A stretch of DNA of 63,814 bases, counting the filler, from a bacterium (GTDB lineage: Bacteria > JAMORN01): assembly GCA_027063545.1 (NCBI GenBank). It is 14 parts of 14 records of this genome, joined end to end, with 100 filler letters (N's around TTAATTAATTAA, not from the genome) between each part and the next. Parts side by side here need not be neighbours in the genome. Positions count along the whole stretch, not along the records: positions 28,576 to 33,123 come from JAMORN010000213.1; positions 33,224 to 37,744 come from JAMORN010000214.1; positions 37,845 to 42,337 come from JAMORN010000215.1; 11 more parts are not named here. The stretch is one strand, 5' to 3'. Shown here piece by piece: positions 31,792 to 42,060 of the stretch. How positions within the stretch are numbered: the stretch's first letter is position 1; each line of letters opens with the position of its first letter. The notes beneath the pieces were generated by a model. The model searched no databases. It had not been told where the DNA came from and saw only the letters and a list, made by a program, of their open reading frames with translations. A program made the translations under genes and the position numbers.

Positions 31792-32157
31792 ATGGCTGAA
31801 GTAAAAGAAGTAAAAAAGGCTAGAGCAGTATCTAAATATAATAGATTATCACCAAGAAAAGCTAGATTAGTAGCTGATTTAATTAGAGGAAAACATGTAC
31901 TTGAGGCTTTAAAGATACTTTATGGTATAAATAATAAACCAAAAAGATTTATTGAAAAAACTTTAAAGAGTGCAATTGCTAATTTTAAAAATAAATATCC
32001 TGACTATAACGAAGAAAATTTGTATATTTCAGAGATATATATAGATGAAGGACCTAGATTAAAAAGGTATAGACCAAGGGCTATGGGTAGAGCTTATCCT
32101 ATAATAAAGCCAACAGCTCATATTACTGTTGTTGTATCACCAATAGAAGAAAAGTAA
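31792..32157 (+). CDS. rplV: 50S ribosomal protein L22
   Basis: SPRKARLVADLIRG and RPRAMGRA. Confidence 0.99.
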   Translation: MAEVKEVKKARAVSKYNRLSPRKARLVADLIRGKHVLEALKILYGINNKPKRFIEKTLKSAIANFKNKYPDYNEENLYISEIYIDEGPRLKRYRPRAMGRAYPIIKPTAHITVVVSPIEEK

Positions 32158-32178
32158 AATTAAAAAGGAGTAAAAAAA

Positions 32179-32823
32179 GTGGGACAAAAGGTACATCCGA
32201 TAGGATTTAGAGTAGGAGTTACAAAACCTCATTTTTCAAGATGGTATGCAGAAAAGAAAGATATACCAACGTTGTTGGAAGAGGACAGAATTATTAGAGA
32301 TTATATTAACAAAAGATTTGAAAAAGCAGCTATATCTAGAATTTATATTGATAAAACAAATTCTAGAATAGATATATATATTCATACAGCAAGACCAGGA
32401 GTTATAATAGGTAAAAAAGGCGCAGAAGTAGATAAATTAAAATCTGAATTAAAGAGACTTATTAATACAGACAAGGAGATAAGAGTAAATATAAGAGAGA
32501 TTAAAGTACCAGAATTAGATGCAGTTCTTGTAGGAAAGACAATAGCAGCTATGATTGAAAAAAGAATGCCTTTTAGAAAGGTAATAAAAAGGGCTGTATA
32601 TAATACAATGAAGGCAGGGGCTAAAGGAATAAAGATCAGAATTAGTGGGAGATTAAATGGTGCTGATATGGCAAGAGCAGAAACTATAATGGAAGGTAGA
32701 GTTCCTCTTCAGACACTCAGAGCAGATATAGATTATGCTTTAGTAGAAGCTTTTACAATATGGGGTGTTATAGGTATAAAAGTTTGGATATATAAAGGAG
32801 ATATTTTAACAAAAAACAAATAA
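32179..32823 (+). CDS. rpsC: 30S ribosomal protein S3
   Basis: GQKVHPIGFR, ARPGVIIGKKG and GRVPLQTLRADIDY. Confidence 0.99.
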   Translation: MGQKVHPIGFRVGVTKPHFSRWYAEKKDIPTLLEEDRIIRDYINKRFEKAAISRIYIDKTNSRIDIYIHTARPGVIIGKKGAEVDKLKSELKRLINTDKEIRVNIREIKVPELDAVLVGKTIAAMIEKRMPFRKVIKRAVYNTMKAGAKGIKIRISGRLNGADMARAETIMEGRVPLQTLRADIDYALVEAFTIWGVIGIKVWIYKGDILTKNK

Positions 32824-32838
32824 TAATGGAGAGAGAAA

Positions 32839-33123
32839 ATGTTAGCACCGAAAAAAATAAAATGGAGAAAACCACATAGAAGGTATCCTAAAGGTACAGA
32901 ACATTTTAGAGGTAATAGAGTAGTTTTTGGGGAATATGGATTACAAGCAATAACTAATGGTTGGATTACTGCTAATCAAATAGAAGCAGCAAGAGTTGCA
33001 TTAAGTAGAAAATTAAAAAAGTCTGGAAAAATTTGGATTAGAATCTTCCCAGATTTATCATTAACTAAAAAGCCTGCAGAAACAAGAATGGGTGGAGGAA
33101 AAGGAGCTCCTGAAACGTGGGTA
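32839..33123 (+). CDS. rplP: 50S ribosomal protein L16, 3' truncated
   Basis: [15 protein letters not shown] and RMGGGKG. Confidence 0.98.
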
Positions 33124-33223
33124 NNNNNNNNNNNNNNNNNNNNNNNNNNNNNNNNNNNNNNNNNNNNTTAATTAATTAANNNNNNNNNNNNNNNNNNNNN
33201 NNNNNNNNNNNNNNNNNNNNNNN

Positions 33224-33538
33224 TAACTTTTTTGCAAATTCTTCATAGGACCATATTTTCCCAATAGAGAATTGGCTAATAGGAAAATTCTGACAATAAA
33301 CACAAGATGATATACAATTTGAAAAAAATACTGTGCCTGAACCATATATACCAGAAATAGGAGGTTCTTCACCTTTATGAAGATTAATAGATGCGATTTT
33401 TAATTCTAATTTAGTTTTACATCTTCCAATAGAAGTATATCTATTAATTTTACACTGATTAGGACAAATATCACATTTTTTGTATCTTTTTTCAAGAATT
33501 TCTATAGCATTATCAATATAAGGTATTTTATGTCTCAT
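33224..33538 (-). CDS. pflX: PflX-like radical SAM protein, N-terminal half (continues at 51612)
   Basis: CDICPNQC, HKGEEPPISG, GSGTVFF and the CxxxCxxC motif CISSCVYCQN. Confidence 0.88.
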
Positions 33539-33547
33539 AATTATAAT

Positions 33548-33597
33548 AAAAAGCCTACCCCCATCACTTCTTAAGATGAGAGTAGGCTCTTTTTTTT
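33548..33597 (-). terminator. Rho-independent terminator after degP/htrA
   Basis: On the minus strand AGCCTACTCTCATC-loop-GATGGGGGTAGGCT-TTTT pairs fully when G-U pairs are allowed. Confidence 0.8.
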
Positions 33598-33626
33598 ATA
33601 TATTTTTTCCAATTATATTAAGTTTA

Positions 33627-35117
33627 CTATTTAGACTTTAATTTTAATACAACAAAAGAAGTTTCTCCATTTCTTGATATAAGTAGTGCTATAGCATCTC
33701 TATTTTTATATTTATCTATAATCTTTTTAAAGCTATCTACACCCTTTATTTCTTCCTGATTTATTTGAAGAATTATATCTCCAGGCTTTAATCCAGCTTT
33801 ATCAGCTGGAGAATTGGGTTCAACATTTACAATAACTACACCATTATTATCTTTAGCATTTTTAACACTAACACCTATTATATTTGAATAAGTTTGTTTG
33901 TTATTACCATTAGTAGCTATCTTTTCTTTTTCTTCTCTTTCGCCGAGTTTTCCTTTTAATTCAATAATTTTTCCATTTCTTAATACTTTAATAGTAAATT
34001 CAGTACCAGGAGAACTATTACCTACTAGATTTCTTAATGTACTCATATCAGCAATTTTTTTACCATTAAATTCTATAATTATATCTCCAGGTTTTAATCC
34101 AGCTTTATCAGCAGGAGAGTTTTTAAACACTTTAGCAACCAATACACCTTGTTTTTCTTTTAATCCAAATGCCTTTACTAACTCATCAGTAAAAGGTTGC
34201 ATTCCTATACCAAGCCAACCTCTTGAAACTTTTCCCTTTGTTATTAAATCATGCATTACCTTTTTAGCCATGTTTATAGGTATTGCAAATCCTATTCCTT
34301 GATATCCACCACTTTTAGAAACAATCGCTGTATTTATTCCAATTACTTCTCCTTTAAGATTAACTAAGGGACCTCCAGAATTTCCAGGATTTATGGCAGC
34401 ATCTGTTTGGATAAAATTTTCATATAGATTCATAGATAGATTCCTATGTAATGCAGATACTACACCTGTAGTAAATGTATGAGGAAAACCTAATGGAGCT
34501 CCTATTGCACAAACCCATTCACCAACTTTTAATTTATCAGAATCGCCCAATTTGGCTACTTTTAATTTTACATTTTTAGGATCAATTTTTACAACAGCAA
34601 CATCACTAGCAGGATCAGCTCCAACAACCTTTCCTTTAAATTCCTTTTCCTTATCACATATTTTTACAACAACCTTTATTTCATCAGCATCTTTAACTAC
34701 GTGATAATTTGTAAGGATATATCCATCTTTACTAACAATAATACCAGAACCTAAGCCTTCTTGTTTATATTTTCTAGTTCTAGGCTTATTATTCTTTGGA
34801 TTAGGAATTCCAAAAAATTCATCAAATGGAAATTCAAAAAAAGGCATTACTGGCACATTAATAGTTTTTTCTGTATATATAGAAACTACTGAAGGAATTA
34901 CTTCTTGAGCAACAGAAGTAAATATATCGTTTAAAGCCTTTGCTATATCAATTTTATTATCCAATATTGCATTTTTGACCTTTACACTAGAGTTAGAAGT
35001 AGTCTCTGCTTTTGAAACTTTTGTTTTATCAAAACACGCTGTAGTATATATACCTATAATAAAACCTAAAAAAACTCCCCCAAGGAGAGTTCCTTTAAAT
35101 TTTTTATTTATATCCAT
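33627..35117 (-). CDS. degP: DegP/DegQ (HtrA) serine protease with two PDZ domains
   Basis: GSGIIV, TNYHVV, SDVAVVK and QTDAAINPGNSGGPL, plus two PDZ domains. Confidence 0.95.
   Translation of the reverse strand: MDINKKFKGTLLGGVFLGFIIGIYTTACFDKTKVSKAETTSNSSVKVKNAILDNKIDIAKALNDIFTSVAQEVIPSVVSIYTEKTINVPVMPFFEFPFDEFFGIPNPKNNKPRTRKYKQEGLGSGIIVSKDGYILTNYHVVKDADEIKVVVKICDKEKEFKGKVVGADPASDVAVVKIDPKNVKLKVAKLGDSDKLKVGEWVCAIGAPLGFPHTFTTGVVSALHRNLSMNLYENFIQTDAAINPGNSGGPLVNLKGEVIGINTAIVSKSGGYQGIGFAIPINMAKKVMHDLITKGKVSRGWLGIGMQPFTDELVKAFGLKEKQGVLVAKVFKNSPADKAGLKPGDIIIEFNGKKIADMSTLRNLVGNSSPGTEFTIKVLRNGKIIELKGKLGEREEKEKIATNGNNKQTYSNIIGVSVKNAKDNNGVVIVNVEPNSPADKAGLKPGDIILQINQEEIKGVDSFKKIIDKYKNRDAIALLISRNGETSFVVLKLKSK
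33771..34118. repeat. Intragenic 42-nt direct repeat (33771-33812 and 34077-34118)
   Basis: 40/42 nt identical; both copies encode SPADKAGLKPGDII in the two PDZ domains. Confidence 0.85.
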
Positions 35118-35137
35118 TTTATTAACCCCTTCTAGGA

Positions 35138-35509
35138 TTAATCTTTAATCTCTATTTCTTTTAATCTTAATTTTTTACCATATCTTTCTCTCATGTAATA
35201 CAATTTAGCTCTTCTAACCTTATGACGTTTTAATACCTCAATTTTTAATACTAAAGGTGAATGAAGAGGAAAAACTTTCTCAACGGCCATTTCTCCTGGA
35301 TATGTTTTTCTAACGATAAAAGAAGCATCAGTTGTATTCCACTTTCTAATACCAATTACCATTCCTTCAAATATCTGTTCCCTTTCTTTATCACCTTCCT
35401 TTATCTTTTGATGTACTCTTACGATGTCTCCAGGTCTTAATTTAGGTAAATCTTTTTTTAAATAAGTTTCTTGTACTTTTTTTAATAATTCACCCTTATT
35501 TATTCTCAT
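35138..35509 (-). CDS. rplS: 50S ribosomal protein L19
   Basis: RPGDIVRVH, QIFEGMVI and VRRAKLYY. Confidence 0.98.
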   Translation of the reverse strand: MRINKGELLKKVQETYLKKDLPKLRPGDIVRVHQKIKEGDKEREQIFEGMVIGIRKWNTTDASFIVRKTYPGEMAVEKVFPLHSPLVLKIEVLKRHKVRRAKLYYMRERYGKKLRLKEIEIKD

Positions 35510-36224
35510 CCTCTTCTCCTTTTTTTGTTATAATTTTAGTTAAAAATTTACTATATAAATCAGGTCTATTCTTTAAAGTCTTTAATATCCTATTTTTTAA
35601 TTGCCATTTTTTTATTTCTTTATGATTGCCTGTTAAAAGTATTTTAGGCACATCTCCTAATAAACTAAAATTTCGTGGCCTTGTATATCTAGGAGTATCA
35701 AGTAAATAGTCGTACATAATAGCATCTTCTAAAGCTGATTCCTTTGTATTTATAACTCCATCTATTAGTCTTATTATGCTATCCATAATAACCAAGGCAG
35801 CAATCTCACCACCTGAAATAATATAATCTCCGATAGATATTTCCTCATCTACATATTTTTCTATAATTCTATTATCAATTCCTTTGTAATGCCCACATAT
35901 TATACTAATATTTTTTTTCTTATTTAAAAGACCTAAAACTTTCTCCTGTGTAAAAACATCTCCATTTGGAGATGGATAAATTACATAATCATTTTTTTCT
36001 AAATTTTGTTCTAAAGCATAATATAAAGGCTCAACCCTAAGAAGCATTCCTGGACTGCCACCATACTCTTCATCATCTACTTGTTTGTGCTTTAAAGGTG
36101 TATAATCTCTTATATTAATTATCTCAATACTAACCAAACCTTTTTTTATTCCTTGCTTTACTATACTATAATCTTTAAAGGCATCAATAAAGTTGGGAAA
36201 TAATGTAAAAATTTTAAATTTCAT
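35496..36224 (-). CDS. trmD: tRNA (guanine37-N1)-methyltransferase
   Basis: TLFP, VDDEEYGG, ICGHYKGID, SIGDYIISGGE and YTRP. Confidence 0.97.
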   Translation of the reverse strand: MKFKIFTLFPNFIDAFKDYSIVKQGIKKGLVSIEIINIRDYTPLKHKQVDDEEYGGSPGMLLRVEPLYYALEQNLEKNDYVIYPSPNGDVFTQEKVLGLLNKKKNISIICGHYKGIDNRIIEKYVDEEISIGDYIISGGEIAALVIMDSIIRLIDGVINTKESALEDAIMYDYLLDTPRYTRPRNFSLLGDVPKILLTGNHKEIKKWQLKNRILKTLKNRPDLYSKFLTKIITKKGEEDENK

Positions 36225-36738
36225 TAAAACCTTTATTATCTATATATATTTCTTTATTCTCTCTATTTATTTCTTTAAATATTTCATCTTGAATAGGAAT
36301 AAAAAATTCCTTATCCTCATCTTCTGTTACACATCTAAAAATTCTTTGTTTACCCATAGGTTGAACATCAACTATATAACCTAATATCTCGTTAGTTTTA
36401 TAGTCGATTACTCTATAACCTATATACTTAACAGGACTATCACTCTCCTCATAATATCTATAAAAATCTTTTAACTCTACTAATAATCTTACACCTCTTA
36501 AAATTTGGGCAGTATCTATATCGTTTATGTCAGAGAGCTTCACTATAAAAACTCTACCTTTTTTCTTATAAAAATCTTCTATTTTGTGTTTTTTGACTCT
36601 TCTACCTAATTTTAAAAATACTTCTTCAACCCTTTCTAAAAGTACTTCTAAATCATCAAAATAACTTAAAATTTTTAAATATCCTTTTAATCCTTTGGGC
36701 TTAGATATCTCTCCAATCTCTATTTTTTCATTTTCCAT
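36214..36738 (-). CDS. rimM: 16S rRNA processing protein RimM
   Basis: IGEISKPKGLKG; position between rpsP and trmD. Confidence 0.9.
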   Translation of the reverse strand: MENEKIEIGEISKPKGLKGYLKILSYFDDLEVLLERVEEVFLKLGRRVKKHKIEDFYKKKGRVFIVKLSDINDIDTAQILRGVRLLVELKDFYRYYEESDSPVKYIGYRVIDYKTNEILGYIVDVQPMGKQRIFRCVTEDEDKEFFIPIQDEIFKEINRENKEIYIDNKGFNEI

Positions 36739-37022
36739 TATTTTTTAGATGTATATTTAATTTCATGAACCTTTTTAAGAACTCCAGCTTTTCTCAATAT
36801 ACTTCTGGCTGTTTCTGTTGCTTGAGCACCTTTTAATAACCAATCTACAGCTTTTTCTACGTCTACATGGAAGATTTCTTCTTCATTATTTGCCATCGGA
36901 TTATACCATCCTATTAAATCAATATACTTTCCATCTCTTTTAGCTCTAGAGTCAGCAACAACAATTCTGTAAAATGGTCTATGTTTCTTTCCCATTCTCA
37001 TGAGTCTTATTCTTGTTGCCAT
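36738..37022 (-). CDS. rpsP: 30S ribosomal protein S16
   Basis: [24 protein letters not shown]. Confidence 0.99.
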   Translation of the reverse strand: MATRIRLMRMGKKHRPFYRIVVADSRAKRDGKYIDLIGWYNPMANNEEEIFHVDVEKAVDWLLKGAQATETARSILRKAGVLKKVHEIKYTSKK

Positions 37023-37057
37023 ATAAACTTCTCCTCCTATTTTTTCATATAGTTTAT

Positions 37058-37744
37058 TTAAAGTTTAAATCCTGGTATATTAAACATTCTATTTAAGTCA
37101 AACATTCTACCTTTTTTCATTAATTTATTCATTTGCTTTATCATTTTTTTCATTTCAAAAAACTGCTTTAAAAGCCTATTAACTTCTTCAACAGATGTTC
37201 CAGAACCCTTAGCTATTCTTTTTTTTCTAGATCCATTTATTATTTCAGGTTTTCGTCTTTCTTCTGGAGTCATAGAAAGTATAATAGCCTCAATCCTTTT
37301 AAAAGCCTTAGGATCTACTTCTACGTTTTTAATTTGGCTTCCTAATCCTGGAATCATTTTTAATATATTTTCAATAGGACCCATTTTTTTAATAAATTGA
37401 AGCTGTTTTAAAAAGTCTTCTAGATCAAATTTATTCTTTTTTAACTTTTCTTCTAACTTCTTAGCCTCTTCCTCTTCAATAGCCTCTTGTGCTTTTTCCA
37501 CTAATGTAACAATATCTCCCATTCCCAATATTCTTTGTGCCATTCTATCTGGATGAAATACCTCAAGATCATTTAATTTCTCTCCAGTAGATACAAAAAA
37601 TATTGGTTTACCTGTAACTTTTACAACACTTAAAGCACTACCACCTCTTGAATCAGCATCAGCTTTTGTTAATACTGCACCTGTAAAGTCTAAATATTTA
37701 TTAAATTCAGTAGCACTTTTTACAGCATCTTGTCCAGTTAAGGC
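37058..37744 (-). CDS. ffh: Signal recognition particle protein Ffh, 5' truncated
   Basis: [31 protein letters not shown] and the M-domain [18 protein letters not shown]. Confidence 0.98.
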   Translation of the reverse strand, partial: ALTGQDAVKSATEFNKYLDFTGAVLTKADADSRGGSALSVVKVTGKPIFFVSTGEKLNDLEVFHPDRMAQRILGMGDIVTLVEKAQEAIEEEEAKKLEEKLKKNKFDLEDFLKQLQFIKKMGPIENILKMIPGLGSQIKNVEVDPKAFKRIEAIILSMTPEERRKPEIINGSRKKRIAKGSGTSVEEVNRLLKQFFEMKKMIKQMNKLMKKGRMFDLNRMFNIPGFKL

Positions 37745-37844
37745 NNNNNNNNNNNNNNNNNNNNNNNNNNNNNNNNNNNNNNNNNNNNTTAATTAATTAA
37801 NNNNNNNNNNNNNNNNNNNNNNNNNNNNNNNNNNNNNNNNNNNN

Positions 37845-38540
37845 TCAAGAAATTATTTAGTTCATCACAATGTTATATGGAATATAAAGGGGAGTGGTAT
37901 AAAATTTAATCAACCAGCAATAAATAATAGGGCTTATAATAATACTATTTTTAACACAAAAGGAATGACCACTTATTTAAGCCCAAATTTTGATACAATT
38001 CCTTCTTCTGATTGTAAATTTTATAATAATTATTTAGATGTAGATGTATTGCAAGCTGATTGGCTTGATGCTCAAAATAATATTAGTGATCCAACCGACT
38101 ATTTGGTTGATAGATCTAATAACGATTTTCGTCCTCTGAGTAATTCTCCTTTAATAGGAACAGGTAGAGCAATAGATGAGATTGGAATGCCTGAAGGATG
38201 CGATGTTGGAGCATATCAATTGTATGATAATTGGACAGTTGGGCCATATTCCGAAGAAGCAGATGAAAATAGTACTTCCATAAAAGAGTATAAAATAGAT
38301 TTTTCAAATTCAAAAGAATATTTATATCCAATCCCTGTTTTAGATACATTATATATAAATAATAAAGATAATTTTCTTCTGTATAGTATATTTACTCAGG
38401 GAGGACGTTTAGTAAAAACAGGTTCTATAAAGACAAATAAAATAAATATGTCCCATTTAAAAGCAGGAATATATATTATTATATTAAAAAATCTTAGAGA
38501 AGTAAAAAGATTTAAAATATATAAAACTGATAATTATTAA
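37845..38540 (+). CDS. Right-handed beta-helix protein with T9SS type-A-like C-terminal domain, 5' truncated
   Basis: Frame open from the contig start (NYLVHHNVIWN..YNNTIFN); DFRPLSNSPLIGTG..DVGAYQ; CTD LYPIPVLDTLYI..LKAGIYII. Confidence 0.75.
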   Translation, partial: SRNYLVHHNVIWNIKGSGIKFNQPAINNRAYNNTIFNTKGMTTYLSPNFDTIPSSDCKFYNNYLDVDVLQADWLDAQNNISDPTDYLVDRSNNDFRPLSNSPLIGTGRAIDEIGMPEGCDVGAYQLYDNWTVGPYSEEADENSTSIKEYKIDFSNSKEYLYPIPVLDTLYINNKDNFLLYSIFTQGGRLVKTGSIKTNKINMSHLKAGIYIIILKNLREVKRFKIYKTDNY

Positions 38541-38549
38541 TAATGAATG

Positions 38550-38585
38550 AGGGAAGAGAATATCAAAAAAATTTCTCTTCCCTTT
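38550..38585. terminator. Hairpin between convergent genes, probable terminator
   Basis: AGGGAAGAGAA-N12-TTCTCTTCCCT perfect 11-bp stem. Confidence 0.7.
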
Positions 38586-40779
38586 AACATATAAATAACA
38601 TTTCTCTATACTTTGGTAGAGGCCAATAAGCATCATCAGTTTCTTTTTCAAGATTATCTACAACTTTTCTTAAATCATTCATTGCCGGTAAAATTTTATA
38701 ACAGTAATACTCGGCTTTCTTTTGTATATCTTTTTCTTCTCCTATATCAGTAAGAAGATTTTCAAGTTTTTCAATTTTATCTAATAATTCTTTTACATTA
38801 TTTGAATATTGTTCTAATAATTTTTTATTATTTTGTATTAATTCGTTATTTAGATTGGCAGCAATAAGTGATGAAATATTTTGAGCAAGTTCTTTTTGAT
38901 ATCTTTGAACAACAGGAAGAATCATAGTTTTTGCAATCATAAGAGCAGTTTCAGCTTCTATATTGAGTAGCTTAGAATATTGCTCTAAATAAATATTATA
39001 TCTTGATTCAATTTCTTTTTTTGAGAGAACTCCAAATTTAGTAAAAGCTTCTATATTTTTTTTAGATATTAGAGCTTTTAAAGCTTCAGGTGTTGTTTTA
39101 TAGTTAGGAAGACCTCTTCTTTTAGCTTCTTCTTCCCACTCAGGAGAATAATTATTTCCATCAAATAAAACTGGTTTTGATTCTTTTATTGCTTCTCTGA
39201 GTACTTTCATAACAGCTTGATTTAAATCCATTCCTTGATTTAAATTATTTTCTATTTCGTTTGCAAATTCATCAAGAATATTAGCTACAGCTGTATTAAT
39301 AGCAGTATTAGCTGGAGCTATTGACATAGAAGAACCCACAGCTCTAAATTCAAATTTATTTCCTGTAAATGCAAAAGGAGAAGTTCTATTTCTATCTGTT
39401 ACATCTTTTAAAATTATAGGCAATTTTGAAATTCCAAGTTGAATAATTTGTTCATCTGTATATTCTACTTTTTTATTATTAACTATTGCTTCAAGTATTT
39501 GAGTCAATTGTTCACCAAGATATACAGATATTATTGCAGGGGGAGCTTCATTAGCACCGAGTCTATGATCATTACCTGCACTAGCAACACTAGCTCTAAT
39601 TAAATCACCATATTTATACACAGCTTTAATAGTAGCAACTAAAAAGGTTAAAAACTGAAGATTTTCATGAGGTGTTTTACCTGGATCAAGAAGATTATTA
39701 CCTTCAGAATCAGATAAAGACCAATTATTGTGTTTCCCAGATCCATTAAGCCCAGCAAACGGTTTTTCATGTAAAAGTAAAACAAAATCATATTTTGCTG
39801 CGATCTTTTTTAATACTTCCATTATGAGTTGATTATGATCATTTGCTATATTTGCTTCTTCAAAAAGTGGTGCTATTTCAAATTGAGCAGGAGCTACTTC
39901 ATTATGCCTTGTTTTTACAGGAATACCAAGTTTATAAAGTTCTCTTTCCGCTTCTTGCATGAATGCTAATACTCTTTCTTTTATAGAACCGAAATAGTGA
40001 TCTTCCATTTGTTGCCCTTTAGGAGAAGGTGCACCAAAAAGAGTTCGTCCTGTTAATACTAAATCAGGTCTTTTATAATAATAAGCTTTATCAATCAAAA
40101 AATATTCTTGTTCGGCACCAACTGTAGGATAAACTCTTGTAGCAGTATTATTCCCAAAAATTCTTAAAATTCTCAAAGCAGTTTTATTTATTGCTTCTAT
40201 TGAACGTAAAAGAGGAGTTTTTTTGTCAAGAGCTTCTCCATTGTAAGAGAGGAACATTGTAGGAATACATAAAGTAGCTCCATTGGCGTTCTCAACTATA
40301 AACATTGGAGAAGTAGGATCCCATGCAGTATATCCTCTTGCTTCAAAAGTAGATCTTAGTCCTCCAGATGGAAAACTTGAAGCATCAGGTTCACCTTGTC
40401 GAAGATTTTTACCAGAGAATCTATAAATAGGTATTTTATTTTTATCAAAATCAATGAAACTATCGTGCTTTTCTGCTGTAAGGCCTGTCATAGGTTGAAA
40501 CCAATGTGTAAAATGTGTGGCTCCTTTTTCTATAGCCCATTCTTTTACCCCATGCGCAACTGCCTCAGCAAGTTCTTCATCAATTACTCCGCCTTCGTCA
40601 ATTATTTTTTTTAGTTTTTTATAAGCTTTATAAGGAAGATATTTTATCATAGTAGATTCATTAAAAACATTAATACCAAATATGTCAATAATTCCATTGG
40701 CTAATTTTTCTTTATTTTGAATATATTTTGTTATATTTCTTTGCAAAACTTCTTTAAAAGCTTCTTCTCTAGCATTCAT
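38584..40779 (-). CDS. glnA: Glutamine synthetase type III
   Basis: THWFQP, AEKHDSF, EPDASSFP, HNEVAPAQFE, GSGKHNNWS and DRNRTSPFAFTGNKFEFRA. Confidence 0.97.
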   Translation of the reverse strand: MNAREEAFKEVLQRNITKYIQNKEKLANGIIDIFGINVFNESTMIKYLPYKAYKKLKKIIDEGGVIDEELAEAVAHGVKEWAIEKGATHFTHWFQPMTGLTAEKHDSFIDFDKNKIPIYRFSGKNLRQGEPDASSFPSGGLRSTFEARGYTAWDPTSPMFIVENANGATLCIPTMFLSYNGEALDKKTPLLRSIEAINKTALRILRIFGNNTATRVYPTVGAEQEYFLIDKAYYYKRPDLVLTGRTLFGAPSPKGQQMEDHYFGSIKERVLAFMQEAERELYKLGIPVKTRHNEVAPAQFEIAPLFEEANIANDHNQLIMEVLKKIAAKYDFVLLLHEKPFAGLNGSGKHNNWSLSDSEGNNLLDPGKTPHENLQFLTFLVATIKAVYKYGDLIRASVASAGNDHRLGANEAPPAIISVYLGEQLTQILEAIVNNKKVEYTDEQIIQLGISKLPIILKDVTDRNRTSPFAFTGNKFEFRAVGSSMSIAPANTAINTAVANILDEFANEIENNLNQGMDLNQAVMKVLREAIKESKPVLFDGNNYSPEWEEEAKRRGLPNYKTTPEALKALISKKNIEAFTKFGVLSKKEIESRYNIYLEQYSKLLNIEAETALMIAKTMILPVVQRYQKELAQNISSLIAANLNNELIQNNKKLLEQYSNNVKELLDKIEKLENLLTDIGEEKDIQKKAEYYCYKILPAMNDLRKVVDNLEKETDDAYWPLPKYREMLFIC

Positions 40780-40977
40780 ATTTTAAACTTTCCTCCTTTA
40801 ATAGATTTAATATTTGTCTCATAAAAAATAATAATTTATTATCGTTTTTGAAAACTTAAATTTAAAAATATGCTAACACTAAAAGTTTTATATGAGATCA
40901 GCAATGATAAAGTAAATAGTTTATAGATTTTTAATATTCCCAAAAAATTAGCTTTTTATAAACTGCAGTTTCTCATA

Positions 40978-42060
40978 TCATTTTAGAAGAATAAAATTTT
41001 TCATCTGAGAGAAATCTTTTGTTTCTATTTTATAGTAATATATACCACTTGATAATTTTGAAGCATTAAAACAAGTAGAATGTGTACCAGCTCTTACATT
41101 CCCTTTAAATATTGTTGTTACATATTCACCTACAACATTAAATAATGTAATCTTTACAAAAGTATTTTTTGGTACATAAAAACTTATAATTGTAGATGAA
41201 TTAAATGGATTTGGATAACTATCATACAATTTATATTTAATAGTTTTTTGTTGAGAAATATTTTTTTCAATAGAAAGAGTACTTCGTAAAGAATTAAGAT
41301 ATGAAATAATCCATGTCTGCATCCCCAAAGAGTTATTCCTTTAACTCCAAGATATTCATAAAGTATAGGAAAAACTCTCTTATATTCTCGTAATTGCTCT
41401 TCATCATCAATGCCATCTATATCTAATTCAGTCACATAAATAGGTAACCCTGTTGATGCTAATAAGTCTAGACATTGTTTTAAAGTAGATTTAGAAGCAT
41501 ATTTAGTAGTAAAAGCATGTCCTTGGACACCAATGGCATCAATTAGATTTCTTTCTTTAAGAAGATTTATTATATTTAAATACTCTTGTGTTGTTTGAAT
41601 ACTTCCTATAATACCGTAATCATTTATCATTAATGTTGTGTTTGGAAATATTTCTCTTGCTAATTGAAATGCATTTATAACCCAATCCCATCCAGTAGCT
41701 CCTTCTCCTCCAAGAGCAGATTTATATTCTGGTGGTTGATGTAAAGGTTCATTAACAACTTGCAAGAGATCAATATCTGGATATCTATCAGCAACAGCTT
41801 GAAACCATTCTCTTATTTCTTCCAGTTTTTCTTCATCAGACAAATTATCATCATTCATCCATTGAGGTTGTTGGGAATCCTATACTAAAACATGGAACAT
41901 AAAAGGAAAATTATTAGTTTTTCCTAAATTATAGGCTAGGTCTAAAGAGTTTCAATTTATTATATTTCTTGTTGTTTCAACAGATCTTCATTTCCCCGCG
42001 TTTTCAGGTGTAACTTGGTTCCAATATTTTTTAAAATTACTTTTTAAATAACTACTATAT
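40978..42060 (-). pseudogene. GH10 endo-xylanase pseudogene with a T9SS/NPFN-type C-terminal domain
   Basis: YWNQVTPENAGK*RSVE..N*NSLD..FHVLV*DSQQP (stops at 41988-41990, 41952-41954, 41880-41882). Catalytic VVNEP and YVTELD are retained. Frameshift/deletion after GITLWG; CTD YPNPFNSSTII..LSSGIYYY lies in another frame; no start or signal peptide. Confidence 0.9.

Noticed and set aside
40890-40978. Inverted repeat ATATGAGA...TCTCATAT upstream of glnA as a riboswitch or operator
   Set aside because: Only an 8-bp AT-rich core ~70 nt apart, with no recognisable glnA-riboswitch or GlnR/TnrA consensus.
41880-41990. TGA at Trp positions suggesting genetic code 4 or stop recoding
   Set aside because: One of the three stops is TAG, the gene also has a frameshift and no start, TGA ends intact genes (e.g. 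45287, 51207), and Trp is TGG elsewhere.
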